Shown: piece by piece, positions 48,890 to 59,230 of the stretch
How the letters are laid out: each line of letters opens with the position of its first letter
Position numbering within the stretch: position 1 is the stretch's first letter
From: Candidatus Bathyarchaeota archaeon
GTDB taxonomy: Archaea > Thermoproteota > Bathyarchaeia > 40CM-2-53-6
DNA length: 64,000 nt
Direction: 5' to 3'
NCBI GenBank assembly: GCA_963733055.1
Contig: CAVTBR010000001.1
Location: 160,001 to 224,000, forward strand
The notes under the pieces: model-generated
Told to the model about the DNA's origin: nothing
Seen by the model: the letters and a program-made list of their open reading frames with translations, nothing else
The model's database searches: none
Position numbers and translations under genes: made by a program

Positions 48890-49717
48890 CTAGGGTCCTG
48901 TCTGGCTTAGGTCGAAAGCAGAAGCAGTCTTCTCAAGAAACTTAATGACACGGGTTGCCAGAATATTCAGGTCAGGCAGATATCCACCGGTCGCTCGAAT
49001 AATACTTGATATCTTGTACACGTCCTGTTTCTCCAGTTCGAGGTCATGATTCACAAAGAAGTCAACGAGCAACCAATAATTGACTATACCCTTCAATTCG
49101 GGATATTTTGATGCATACTTCTCTTTCAGTGATGCCAACTCGTTGGATTTGGTTTCCATCATTGGATTCCAGCCCCAGGGGTACCTTAACGGCGTTATCT
49201 TTCCTTCTCTAGCAGAGAAAAGCATCCCACCGACGTTTGGTATACTGTGTACAACCATTACGTCGCGAACTGGTCCGAGACAAATCTCGAACCAGTCTGC
49301 GTTTCTAACAAGCTCTGCGTATTCTTGGTTAGGAGGATAATTTGCATTCTCAGGCCGTTGAAAGAAAACTCTCTGGTCATGGAAAGATTTGGGCGGGCGA
49401 TTACCCTGATTTCGGAGGAGTATGGAAGTTAGTTCTCCAATTTTGTCCATGAGAATCTTGGCATGGATGATGAAACTGTCGTGATCCAAGTTCAATATTA
49501 GCGTCGTCTCTAATCCTCGCTGGAATTCCAACTGTTCTTTCGTGGATAGTTCGTATCCAACTCTGTGTTCGAAAAACTTTGTCTGGAAATCGTAGAATTG
49601 TGTGTAGCTTCTGTAGTCAGACCTTAACCGTCCCCAAATGATTTGTAAATACTCCAGTTGTCGAGAGTAGGCCATGTATGGGTAAAACAAAATGTCTCTA
49701 TCTTCTCTCCCATTCAC
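48890..49717 (-). CDS. Hypothetical helical protein, possible HEPN-like domain
   Basis: SFIIHAKILMD helix and RDVMVVH (R-x5-H). Confidence 0.55.
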   Translation of the reverse strand: MNGREDRDILFYPYMAYSRQLEYLQIIWGRLRSDYRSYTQFYDFQTKFFEHRVGYELSTKEQLEFQRGLETTLILNLDHDSFIIHAKILMDKIGELTSILLRNQGNRPPKSFHDQRVFFQRPENANYPPNQEYAELVRNADWFEICLGPVRDVMVVHSIPNVGGMLFSAREGKITPLRYPWGWNPMMETKSNELASLKEKYASKYPELKGIVNYWLLVDFFVNHDLELEKQDVYKISSIIRATGGYLPDLNILATRVIKFLEKTASAFDLSQTGP

Positions 49718-49822
49718 TCCGCGAAGAGGATCGTACCAACGAAAATGTCCTAGGTCGAATGTTATTGTCGTGGAGAGTCGCTTCCTAGGTGCGCCTTGCC
49801 TGCTCCGGGCATTGAATATCGA

Positions 49823-51057
49823 TTAATCGAGCGAGCTTAGTGATTCAATGGCCGCGGATTCAAGTGCCCCGGTATCCTTAGCTCGGACTTTGTACCCGAT
49901 GTTACGAGTCGCTGACTGATTCGACCAGCCTGCTTCGTAGTCAAATTCATTCGGTGACGGTGTGAGATCCTTCTGGGAATCTCCGTGACTCTCTGCCTGC
50001 TGGTCAATTAGGTAGCCGAAGTAACCGCCTGTGTATCCCAAGACCCACACATCCGACTCCATACAGTTTGCAATATGATAACCTGACTCGCAAAATGGTT
50101 CACCTGGTAGACCCACGATGTATGTTTCACCTATTTTGATCGCGTTGATATTACCCGGCCGCGTTACGAGCAATTGCCCTGGACACCAAGGTTCAAAGCT
50201 AAAGTCAATGGGTCTCGAATTGTAACCCAGTTTCGGATTTACAGTTGTTGACAATTCTAACGCCTTAACACTCTGGGCTAGTTGCGTACCGAGCCATCGA
50301 GCTTTCTCTTCACCTTTTCCACTGTCATCGATTTCTCCATCAGCACTTGGATCAACATAACCCGCGCAGCCGTTAACGAATATCGTACAGAAGCCAGGAA
50401 GCCCTTTCCGAAGATAGCCCACATAGTCCGCTGAAGCCAGATAGTTGGTCTGACCAAAACATGTTGGATGACAGGTGAATCGCACTATCAAAATTGTTTG
50501 AGAGGAAGTGTTCAATCGAAGTACGCGGACGCTTCGGTCAACTCCCCGGTTCTTCTCGTAGGCACGCCTATTGCAGTTCGCGACCAGACTTGCCGTCCCT
50601 TTTGACAATGTGGCAACTGATACGGTCTTTGCGGCTCTTTCCAGAAGATCAAGTGATAGATCGGATACCTTTGCACTGAAATCCAAATCGGCCCTGTCAG
50701 TACACGTTGTAACAAGAGAGGGGGCAGAGTGAGTGTGGCTAGATGTTATGAGGAGAGAATCTATTCCGAGTTTTTGATTCGCCTGTGATTCGATTTCCGC
50801 AACGAGTCCTGAATTGATCCCCAGAACGTCAAGTGACAGGATCGCTACTGTTAGTTTGTAATCCTTTAAGACTAATGCGGTCAAAAGGGGGGAGAGTCTT
50901 GATGCACATCATCACATTTTCTAAGCATGGTCTTGTAGTGTTCTTCATGCTGGGTCGGGTCCGGTATTACTGGCCCCCCGAATCCGACCAGTTTCGTCTC
51001 TGTCGGTTCCATGGGCAAGCATGAATATGCGTAAGCTGCATTCAGCAACGATCTCAA
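49823..51057 (-). CDS. Neutral/alkaline ceramidase-like amidohydrolase; one base missing in G-run 50887-50892
   Basis: SHTHSAP, NCNRR, FTCHPT, SADYVG, NGCAG, PGEPF; N-terminal frame from TTG 51057 with gaggag RBS. Confidence 0.75.
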
Positions 51058-51215
51058 ACTCCTCTTCTCAGGATCACCCTTACTTTTCTTCTCACCACAA
51101 TTTATAGAAAACTAGTCTTGCACGAAGCGGACTTACTCGATTAGGGTCATAGTCGGATGATTCGTACTGGACGGGTTCAAGCCCAGAGTGATTCTCTCAC
51201 TTCAGACCCGTAAAG

Positions 51216-51370
<155 letters not shown>

Positions 51371-51638
51371 GTCCAGGCCTACCCAGTTAACCCGTAAGGG
51401 TCCGCCGCGAGTCCGCGTGTGCGAATGGTAAGCTCTTAAAGATTGTCACGTGCTTCTGTTAACTTGTCATCTCATGTTGACTAGCCGTTTCTGTTAACTC
51501 GTCTGCATCTACTTTCAAGATTAACCTACGCTGGAGTTCTTGTACGATTGCTTCAGGTGCTGACGCGATGGTCCCGAAGACAGCCTCAAGCTTCAAAAAG
51601 CCATCCGGTATTCACAGTGGCAGGCCCGTGACAGCAAC

Positions 51639-51935
51639 TTGAAGTTCACGTTCGGCAAGAAACAGAGCGTTGACACCGTTGAATTGGACAACCTCTTCAC
51701 AGATCTGAAGGGTGTGCTCCAGAAGCATCCCTTGGTTCCAGCTGCCAACATAGATGCTCTAGTCTCAGAGTGGATTAACGATCTTCTCTTTCTCGCCGGC
51801 AAGATCACTGAGGATGAACTCAAGGAGGCCATGCAAACCTTCGAAACCGCAGAGACCACTGGCAAAGAAACTGCGGAAGGCGGTAAAGCGGCAGAGCAGG
51901 ATGAAGATGATGACGATTCAGAGGACGAAGACTAG
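51639..51935 (+). CDS. Small hypothetical protein with acidic tail
   Basis: Amphipathic helices followed by EQDEDDDDSEDED. Confidence 0.6.
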   Translation: MKFTFGKKQSVDTVELDNLFTDLKGVLQKHPLVPAANIDALVSEWINDLLFLAGKITEDELKEAMQTFETAETTGKETAEGGKAAEQDEDDDDSEDED

Positions 51936-51977
51936 GGAAACGGTTGAAAGTTAACTAATGCTTGGATAATGCCCGGT

Positions 51978-52661
51978 CTATGAAATTGAGCTGACGTTGA
52001 TGTAGTCGGTTGGACACGAGTTGCCAATGGAGCTTGTGTTGTAGCCTTGGTACATTTGTCCGCTTACGGTGACCCATGTTCCGCTGGCTGGTGTGTTTGA
52101 GGGCAGGTTGTGTAGGGCGTAGTATTCGTTGACGTAGGTGGTTGCGTAGGATGGGTAGGGGTTGTTAGTTGTGGAGATCACTAGGAGAGTGCATCCGTTC
52201 TGGGCTTGGTACAAGTAACCTGAGCAGGTCACGTTATTGTACGTCCCTGATGATTGGCAGGGAGAGTAATAATTGCCATATCCATAGTAGCCTGGGTTGT
52301 AGTAGTAACTCGGGTAGCCATAACAGCCGTAGGAATAGCACGGCTGATAGCCTCCGTAGTTTCCGTAATTCCCATAGTTTCCATAATTTCCGTAACCGTA
52401 TCCGTTAGACATCCCGCTTAGCGTAGTGTAACTGGTTGCGGTGCTAACGCTAGTTACGGCTTGGGTTTGGACGAAATAGACGCTTTGAGTATTCGTCTGC
52501 ATCTGCTGTTGCGTGACAGTTACGGTGTGTGGGTTGAGCGCGGTATAGCCCGCGAAAGCTAAACTGAGAAGGGCAACCAACACGAGCCCGCCTACAGCGA
52601 CGCGGCTTGCTCCGCTGCGCCCCGATTTAGGAGCTTGAACGGGCTGGTTCGTTTGGCTCAT
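51978..52661 (-). CDS. Membrane-anchored Tyr/Gly/Asn-rich surface protein
   Basis: N-terminal TM, Thr-rich stalk, (YGN)4 repeat, Cys-containing beta-rich C-terminus. Confidence 0.75.
   Translation of the reverse strand: MSQTNQPVQAPKSGRSGASRVAVGGLVLVALLSLAFAGYTALNPHTVTVTQQQMQTNTQSVYFVQTQAVTSVSTATSYTTLSGMSNGYGYGNYGNYGNYGNYGGYQPCYSYGCYGYPSYYYNPGYYGYGNYYSPCQSSGTYNNVTCSGYLYQAQNGCTLLVISTTNNPYPSYATTYVNEYYALHNLPSNTPASGTWVTVSGQMYQGYNTSSIGNSCPTDYINVSSIS
52359..52394 (-). repeat. Four imperfect 9-bp tandem repeats encoding YGN
   Basis: gtttccgta attcccata gtttccata atttccgta. Confidence 0.8.
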
Positions 52662-52883
52662 GATTCCTCTCGTTAAGGGACGATGGAACCGCGATTAAAC
52701 ATATTTCCACCGGGTAGAAAACAGATCTACCCATGTTCTTTCAAAGGGCCTCAGTTTTACGAGGTAGGATTGAAGCAGCTGCACTTTTTCGCCCTATGGG
52801 TGGCACAACCAATCAACCTGTGATCCTTGCAACCACAAATCACGCAATGCTTCTCTGAGCCCATTGTGTCTCAACCTCGAGAA

Positions 52884-53246
52884 TTACTGCTTTCGTTCGG
52901 CTGTGGAGATGGGTAGCCCGTCAGGGTCGAGGCATACGGCCAACTTAATCTTCTCGTCAGGGCGGTCGGTGGGTGGCATGTTGAATGAAACTCCCTTCCC
53001 CTTGAGCTCATTGAATTTATCGTCAAGGTTGTCAACATAGAAACCAATCGAGGCCGAACCGGCTTTCGGTTCATGCGAAACCCCAGCGGGCTTAGCCCCG
53101 CCGTGAAGAGCGAGCACCGTCGTGCCAGTCTCGAACTCCGTCCATTCAGGCGACTCGAAGCGGAGTCGGAGGCCAAGTTTATCCCGGTAGAATTGGATTG
53201 ACCGGGACATGTCGGAGACCATGACATAATCTATGTGACTGAACAT
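52884..53246 (-). CDS. VOC/glyoxalase family protein
   Basis: VSDMSRSIQFYRDKLG, FYVDNLD, DPDG. Confidence 0.88.
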   Translation of the reverse strand: MFSHIDYVMVSDMSRSIQFYRDKLGLRLRFESPEWTEFETGTTVLALHGGAKPAGVSHEPKAGSASIGFYVDNLDDKFNELKGKGVSFNMPPTDRPDEKIKLAVCLDPDGLPISTAERKQ

Positions 53247-53437
53247 CTGGCGTCACAATTAACCAACCACGGCCGGTACTTTTCAAGTTACCCTCCTACA
53301 CTGCCTTCAGAAAGCGGCACAATTGATTAGCCAGACTGAGGCTACGCTGATCCTAGATTTCCTGAAGAACTCGGTACGAGTAGGAAAACGGTAGATATGG
53401 CACATCGCGATAATGAACTAGCAATCAGGTAGCAACA

Positions 53438-53998
53438 ATGACTAAGCCCCTCGTGAAACCCGGGCAAGTATACTCCAAAATCGCACTAGCAAATGGCGAT
53501 ACTGCAACCCTTCGCGCCCCGAACTGGAGTGACCTAGACGATTTAATTGACTACATTAATGGCCTTGTTGAGGAACGCGCCCTGATTACTAAGGCTGAGA
53601 AGGTAACACGCGAAAGCGAGGCCGAATGGTTGGGGCAGAGACTCGCGGAGATAGAAAACGGTCACACAATCCACCTGGTTGCGGAAGTCAACGGAAAAGT
53701 GGTGGGAGCGGGCGAAGTGAACCAACTCGCCGAGGAGAGAAGTCACACAGGATACTTGGGAATTGGCTTATCCAAGAGCTACCGCGGCCAAGGACTAGGC
53801 GCCGCGGTCATGCGAGCCCTTGAAAAACTCTCCAAGAAAGCAGGACTGAAAATTCTCATCCTCGATGCTTTCGCCACGAACACGGTCGCGATCACACTCT
53901 ATGAGAAGATAGGATTCAGGGAGGTAGGACGAATTCCAAAGGGAATTTGTCGGGACGGGAAGTACATTGACTTAGTCAGAATGACCAAGGAACTCTGA
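53438..53998 (+). CDS. GNAT family acetyltransferase
   Basis: YRGQGLG, NTVAITLYEKIGF. Confidence 0.88.
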   Translation: MTKPLVKPGQVYSKIALANGDTATLRAPNWSDLDDLIDYINGLVEERALITKAEKVTRESEAEWLGQRLAEIENGHTIHLVAEVNGKVVGAGEVNQLAEERSHTGYLGIGLSKSYRGQGLGAAVMRALEKLSKKAGLKILILDAFATNTVAITLYEKIGFREVGRIPKGICRDGKYIDLVRMTKEL

Positions 53999-54039
53999 GA
54001 AATTCGCGCGAATGATCTGTGCTCGATCAAATGCGATTT

Positions 54040-54903
54040 TTACTTCAGAACCTTCAGATGACCCGATTCGGTTTGGCGGATTCGATTCAAGATCCTTAGT
54101 TCGGCTTTCTGCATACCAAGATGCATGCCAAGAGAGAAGTGCATGCTGAAGCCGAGAATGGCTAGGATGCCGAAATGGTATGGAAGCGGCGTTCTATTGA
54201 GCCAGAGGGCGCGGTAGACCAAGCCTACAAGTGTGAGGATTGCACCCAGCCCAGCTAACGCTCCGACAGCGTATAGAAGCAGCGTCGTGTGAAATGGACC
54301 TGCGTTAATTCCTGTGACCTTGAACTTTTCAATGTACGGCAGCGCGATAGCCGGAACGATTCCCGCTAAACTTGTAAGGACTACGAGCGCGGGTATCAAT
54401 TGTCGCGAGAACAGAATCGGTCCTAGTCCCGGGCTCGGTTTAGAGAAAATGTCCAGTGCGTGCAATACGAGTTGCAATCTACCTGCACCTGAACCGTCAG
54501 CATTGTGAATGTCCCAGCCTAAACCTAGAGCACAGATGAAAACTGCAGCGGGCAAATAGAGCCAGTGGGCTCGGTCAAGAAGTTTAGTCTTGTTGCGCGA
54601 TTTGGTGGAAGTTTTCGAGAGTTCAACAATCTGTTTCGAGTGTGTGAGATGAGCGATGAATTTGGCGAGCGAGAGCGATGCTGAACCGGCCAATATGATG
54701 ACCATAACGTATCCGACTACGACCACTCCCAAACCGCCGACGGTTGCGGTTGCAATCATGAAAAATGGGCCGAGCGTTGGACCGAGGATTGAGTGTTCCC
54801 AGAGCGTGCGAACGAAGGTGGTAAGGATCGCTATCGTATAGAACACCACACCCCCAATCAGGTACGTGAGTTCGCCGTAGCCAAATCTCAAGGAACAGAC
54901 CAC
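54040..54903 (-). CDS. Hypothetical multi-pass membrane protein
   Basis: About six hydrophobic segments. Confidence 0.65.
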   Translation of the reverse strand: MVCSLRFGYGELTYLIGGVVFYTIAILTTFVRTLWEHSILGPTLGPFFMIATATVGGLGVVVVGYVMVIILAGSASLSLAKFIAHLTHSKQIVELSKTSTKSRNKTKLLDRAHWLYLPAAVFICALGLGWDIHNADGSGAGRLQLVLHALDIFSKPSPGLGPILFSRQLIPALVVLTSLAGIVPAIALPYIEKFKVTGINAGPFHTTLLLYAVGALAGLGAILTLVGLVYRALWLNRTPLPYHFGILAILGFSMHFSLGMHLGMQKAELRILNRIRQTESGHLKVLK

Positions 54904-55092
54904 AAGTCAGCTAAAGAATCACTAGGCTAATCTGATTTTCTTGTGAAACGATTCCACCTTCCGCCGCGAACCAACGAGCAGGGCAAAGTACACCTCCGGG
55001 CTATGTTCCACGGGCCTGCGCGTATGCGATGGCCAAAGGACTCACATGAAACGATGCCTGGAGAGTTTCAAGGCAAATAAGGGCTGAGCAGA

Positions 55093-56484
55093 TCAGATTC
55101 CGTTTCGCAGGATCGCGAGTATCTCGGTCTTTGGTTCTGGAGTTGGGACGTTGGTTCCGAGAGAGGTGTAGGACCAGTAGGACCAGCTAATTCCGTTTGC
55201 TCGACAGAATCCAAGTAAGCGTTGTGTGTCAGTTTGCCAGTTCGGATCAACTGTTGCCCTTGCTCCATTATCTCCTGCATAAAATGCGTTGAACTCACCC
55301 ATGTACAATGGAACTCCCCATTGCTTAGCGTTGTTTAGGTAGGCCTGGATGAGTGGTTGAGCTGTGTCCCAACCTGAGGTGTAAATGTGCACTTCGTAGA
55401 CAGCATTTGGAACCGGCGGAGGGGCCGTGAGGATCGGGGACCTTCCTTGAGGCATCAAATTCTGAGGCGGCTCCTCGAAAATGATTAGCAGGTGGGAATT
55501 GGCAGTCGAAACTCCTTTGGAAACCTCTGCGTCATAGTTGATCAGGAGCTGGTCGGCGGTGGAAGTTGAGCCGCATGATCGCGGGAACCATGGTTCGTTG
55601 AAGAGGTCTAAACCGACGACGGTCGGATTGTTGCTATACCTGATAGCGAGCATTTGCTCCGCGGCCGCCATTCCCTCAATTGGACCAGGCACGTTTTCGC
55701 CGACCATCGATTTGTCGTTGAAGAAATTGCAAACCGCCGTTCCAAGGACGGTAATGGTGGTTGGCGAAGTTGTGCCTGGATAAAGCCAGGTGGGTTCGCC
55801 CCAGCCTTCGCAGAAGCTTACATGGACCCCGCCTGGAGCTTGCTGAAATGCGGGCGACAGATCTAGTTGGTGGAAGTCCAGAATCACGACGATGTGTCTC
55901 TGCCCGAACTGCGTAATGAAATAATCAATCTCATTCAGGTAAGCGCTGTTCCACGAATGTAGCCAGGTCCCGTTGGCTGCATGGGTTGGAGCTGTGGGTT
56001 CCAGATTTTCCCATGAGATGGGGAGTCTTACGGAGTTGAACCCCCAAGAAGCAATGTTGTCGAATTCAGCCGTCGAGAAGCCACCCGCATCCTCTCCACC
56101 CCACCCGAATTTGCAGGAATCAGGACCGCTGGTTCCAACGCCGTATTCAAGGCCCATCGCGTTGAGGCCCACGAGACGCACAACGTTCCCGCTGCCATCG
56201 TAGATGTTCGTATCTGCCGGGTTAGTGTGTAACCACCCAGAAACAAAGGGAGCGCAAGGAGGCTGAACGCACCCAATCCCTCCGGGTCCAATAGTCGCAG
56301 ATGAATCGCTAGCTGAGTAGAAACTAACTCCGGAAGTAGCTGAACCAGTACCGCTCAGGTTCGTTCTAGGAAAGAGACCTAACGGCCCGATTGAGAATAC
56401 ACCAACAATTGAAGCTGCGAGGACAAGGGCTACGAGTGCAATCCCTGCGCCGCGAGTAATTGAAGGCCCTCGATACTGTTCCAA
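55093..56484 (-). CDS. Secreted or anchored glycoside hydrolase family 5
   Basis: GFNSVRLPISW, ILDFHQ, LFNEP acid/base, HIY, MGEF nucleophile, WSYW; N-terminal TM. Confidence 0.88.
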   Translation of the reverse strand: MEQYRGPSITRGAGIALVALVLAASIVGVFSIGPLGLFPRTNLSGTGSATSGVSFYSASDSSATIGPGGIGCVQPPCAPFVSGWLHTNPADTNIYDGSGNVVRLVGLNAMGLEYGVGTSGPDSCKFGWGGEDAGGFSTAEFDNIASWGFNSVRLPISWENLEPTAPTHAANGTWLHSWNSAYLNEIDYFITQFGQRHIVVILDFHQLDLSPAFQQAPGGVHVSFCEGWGEPTWLYPGTTSPTTITVLGTAVCNFFNDKSMVGENVPGPIEGMAAAEQMLAIRYSNNPTVVGLDLFNEPWFPRSCGSTSTADQLLINYDAEVSKGVSTANSHLLIIFEEPPQNLMPQGRSPILTAPPPVPNAVYEVHIYTSGWDTAQPLIQAYLNNAKQWGVPLYMGEFNAFYAGDNGARATVDPNWQTDTQRLLGFCRANGISWSYWSYTSLGTNVPTPEPKTEILAILRNGI

Positions 56485-56666
56485 AACAGAATTCCCTCTT
56501 GCAATGACTTTCTACGGTCCCGCTCTATTCCTCCCTTCTCAGGAGGTCTTTGCCGCACTATATAATTCGACAGAACGATTCGTTCATCGTTCCCAACTCG
56601 CAACCAGGCGTTATCAATTCCAATGATTGCAAGTGACGTTCTAAATCGGAGTCGATCATTTCAGGA

Positions 56667-56804
56667 TTATTTTCTTAACCAGTCTTTGACAGCCATTTCT
56701 ATGCCGGCGCTTAGATCGCCTTTCTTGCCACCGAGTCTCTTCACAATCTCTAATCGCAGTCGTCGTTCAACCTCATCGGAGAGGACGATGTAGAGTTTAC
56801 CCAA
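56667..56804 (-). CDS. Ribbon-helix-helix (CopG-like) protein, 45 aa, not in ORF track
   Basis: MGKLYIVLSDEVERRLRLEIVKRLGGKKGDLSAGIEMAVKDWLRK. Confidence 0.75.
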   Translation of the reverse strand: MGKLYIVLSDEVERRLRLEIVKRLGGKKGDLSAGIEMAVKDWLRK

Positions 56805-57017
56805 CTCTGACTTCGCTCCTGTTACACATTTGTAGCCATTATTCTTCCCGAACCGGTTTCCGCAATTTTTCCAATAAGGTCAGGGAGGATTTGGTAGCCA
56901 CATTTCCCACATTTCCACGCGTTATCGTCAGCATACTCATGCTGGCAATGAATTCTATCCGTCGCTTCATTCATCGCAATCGCAATGCTTGCCATGATTA
57001 TCTCCTGATTTCAGCAT

Positions 57018-57043
57018 ATGCATATACATAGATATATATGCAT
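57018..57043. promoter_or_regulatory. AT-rich inverted repeat in divergent promoter region
   Basis: atgcatata-N8-tatatgcat. Confidence 0.4.
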
Positions 57044-57102
57044 GTCTTCCTTCTAAACTCATTGATTGTCAGGCTTATGCTTGCGAGCGGTGTAATTTGA
57101 CT

Positions 57103-57216
57103 ATGATGTCTAGGTTTGAGAAGGAAGGGCAGCGGTTTGTGTGTGATAAGTGCGGTTTTGAAACGAACAGTGTAGAAATCTTCCCCTTACACAAGAAGAA
57201 TTGCCCCAGAGTTTAG
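57103..57216 (+). CDS. 37-aa zinc-finger microprotein (C-x2-C-x12-H-x3-C)
   Basis: MMSRFEKEGQRFVCDKCGFETNSVEIFPLHKKNCPRV; ends 4 nt before next ORF. Confidence 0.65.
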   Translation: MMSRFEKEGQRFVCDKCGFETNSVEIFPLHKKNCPRV

Positions 57217-57220
57217 GTGA

Positions 57221-57508
57221 GTGGTCTTAACGGCAAAGTCCGATCCTGTCGCCATTGAAACGTGGCTCAAGGACCGGTACAAACTTCTCTTCTTAAGAGT
57301 TAACCAGAGGACCGGTCATGCGTTTGCGATTGTAGATTTGCCCGAGTTGCCTACAAATCTCATCGAACACCCTGATTACAAACTCTCCCTAAGCACACCC
57401 CGCAAAGCCGAAAGTGATTTCATCAGAATGTCCGACTTCGACCAAGGTACAACCGTTTTCAATAGAAATGGTTGGGAGAAACGCCTCCTAGAAATCACAC
57501 GTAACTAA
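57221..57508 (+). CDS. Hypothetical protein
   Basis: Coupled to the zinc-finger gene; protein-like composition. Confidence 0.55.
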   Translation: MVLTAKSDPVAIETWLKDRYKLLFLRVNQRTGHAFAIVDLPELPTNLIEHPDYKLSLSTPRKAESDFIRMSDFDQGTTVFNRNGWEKRLLEITRN

Positions 57509-57656
57509 GTCCTCGGATATCATTGAAGTCATCCTGATAGACGTCTCAACGACTGAAGTTTAAGGCAATTAGTGATGGCTCAAATTCAGCTACCGGACCA
57601 ATGAGTTCCACACATTTGCGAAGTTCTTTAAATGCAGCTTCGGTTCAGAGGTTTGC

Positions 57657-58079
57657 ATGATTTCGAATAAGGGATCATCGAAAAAACCCACTATCTTCTA
57701 TCTCGACGCGAGAAATCCAACTGGCATCAATTTAACGGGTTTAGCCCGAAAATTTGATTCCGAAAAAGGAGACTCTGCTTCAACGGCTTTCGAGACGCTA
57801 AGAAAGTTATCTGAGAGGTTATGCGCTGAATTGAATTCAAAGTATCAAAGAGTTAACAACCAAGGAAGTCCCCCCGCGAAACCTTTCGAGAACCTTTGCT
57901 GGGCTGCTAGCTTGATACTCTCGAGTTGGCTCGGACTTACATCAGAATCCAAGTCCATAGCGGGCGTCGGGGAACGCAACTCAGACGAGGAACACCTGCT
58001 GTACTTTAAGGTTATACCGAGCGTTCTAAACGCATTCAAACAGGGGATAGAACTAGCGTCACCTGATAAAGGAAATTGA
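57657..58079 (+). CDS. Hypothetical protein
   Basis: 140-aa ORF filling the gap, TATA-like tttaaa upstream. Confidence 0.5.
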   Translation: MISNKGSSKKPTIFYLDARNPTGINLTGLARKFDSEKGDSASTAFETLRKLSERLCAELNSKYQRVNNQGSPPAKPFENLCWAASLILSSWLGLTSESKSIAGVGERNSDEEHLLYFKVIPSVLNAFKQGIELASPDKGN

Positions 58080-58219
58080 GCCCTCTTGGCAACAATTAGC
58101 CAATGGAAAGAGGTTCACGCGCAATCCCGCTCAAGTTACTCCTACAATTCGGTCGGGACAAAGTATTTTAGAGCTGAAACCGAAAGCGGTCAAGTTACCG
58201 CATCTGGTTGGTGTCTTGA

Positions 58220-59224
58220 ATGGGCCATAGGAAAATTCATGGTCCGAAACGCGGATCCTTAGCCTACCTACCTAGAGGGCGTGCTTCACGTTGGGTTGGC
58301 AGGATTAGGAATTGGCCCGAAGTTGAAGAGGGGCCGAAGTTGCTTGCTTTTGCCGGATTTAAGGCGGGCATGACCTATGCTCTCGCCGTTGACACCCGTC
58401 AAGGATCGCTTACCTTCGGAAAGGAGGTCGTCATCCCGCTAACAACTCTTGAAGCACCACCAATGTTAGCCTGTGCACTGAGGGCCTACACCAAAGATTA
58501 CAAAGGGCTGCAGACTTTCGGCGAGGCTTGGATGGAGAAAGTACCCAAGGACTTCGAACGAGTCATATCCGTTCCTGAGAAATTCTCAACGGAAGACGGG
58601 TTGAAGAAGATTGAAGGCGGCTTGGAAAAGATCGAGGACCTGCGCCTACTCATGGCAACTCAGCCCCGCCTCGCAAAGCACGGAATCAAAGCACCCCAAA
58701 TGATGGAGGTGAGAATCGGGGGAGGGTCGATTAAGGACCGATTCGAGTATGGAAAGAAAATGGTCGGTCAAGAAATCAAAGTCTCTGACTTCATCAAGGA
58801 AGGGCAAGCCGTCGACGCGATCGGCATAACGAAAGGTAAGGGAATTCAAGGCCCCGTGAAGAGATGGGGCATCCGACGTAAGATTCACAAAGCTCGAAAA
58901 ACCGTCCGCCAAGTTGGATCAATTGGTGGGTGGACACCGCACTACGTCATGTACTCGGTCCCACGTGCGGGGCAGATGGGTTTCCACCAGAGAACCGAAT
59001 ACAACAAAATTGTAATGAAAGTCGGCAACAACGGTAGCGAAATCACGCCGAAGGGTGGATTCCTAAGGTACGGCATAGTCAACTCAGATTACGTAGCACT
59101 CAAAGGAAGCGTGCCGGGAACGAGAAATAGGCTGATCGTGATACGATTGCCAATGCGACCGCCTCCTGAATCGAAACCAACGAAACTCGATTACCTAAGC
59201 ATCGTATCAATACAAGGCGACTGA
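58220..59224 (+). CDS. rpl3: 50S ribosomal protein L3 (uL3), archaeal type
   Basis: PKRGSLAYLPR, FKAGMT, TKGKGIQGPVKRWG, RAGQMGFHQRTEYNK, KGSVPG. Confidence 0.97.
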   Translation: MGHRKIHGPKRGSLAYLPRGRASRWVGRIRNWPEVEEGPKLLAFAGFKAGMTYALAVDTRQGSLTFGKEVVIPLTTLEAPPMLACALRAYTKDYKGLQTFGEAWMEKVPKDFERVISVPEKFSTEDGLKKIEGGLEKIEDLRLLMATQPRLAKHGIKAPQMMEVRIGGGSIKDRFEYGKKMVGQEIKVSDFIKEGQAVDAIGITKGKGIQGPVKRWGIRRKIHKARKTVRQVGSIGGWTPHYVMYSVPRAGQMGFHQRTEYNKIVMKVGNNGSEITPKGGFLRYGIVNSDYVALKGSVPGTRNRLIVIRLPMRPPPESKPTKLDYLSIVSIQGD

Positions 59225-59230
59225 GCGAAC

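Noticed and set aside
51174-51184. ggttcaagccc as another tRNA scar
   Set aside because: Opposite orientation to the other scars and too short
51454-51503. 15-bp near-direct repeat ttctgttaact(t/c)gtc upstream of tRNA-Leu
   Set aside because: Only two copies; may be a regulator site but there is no further support
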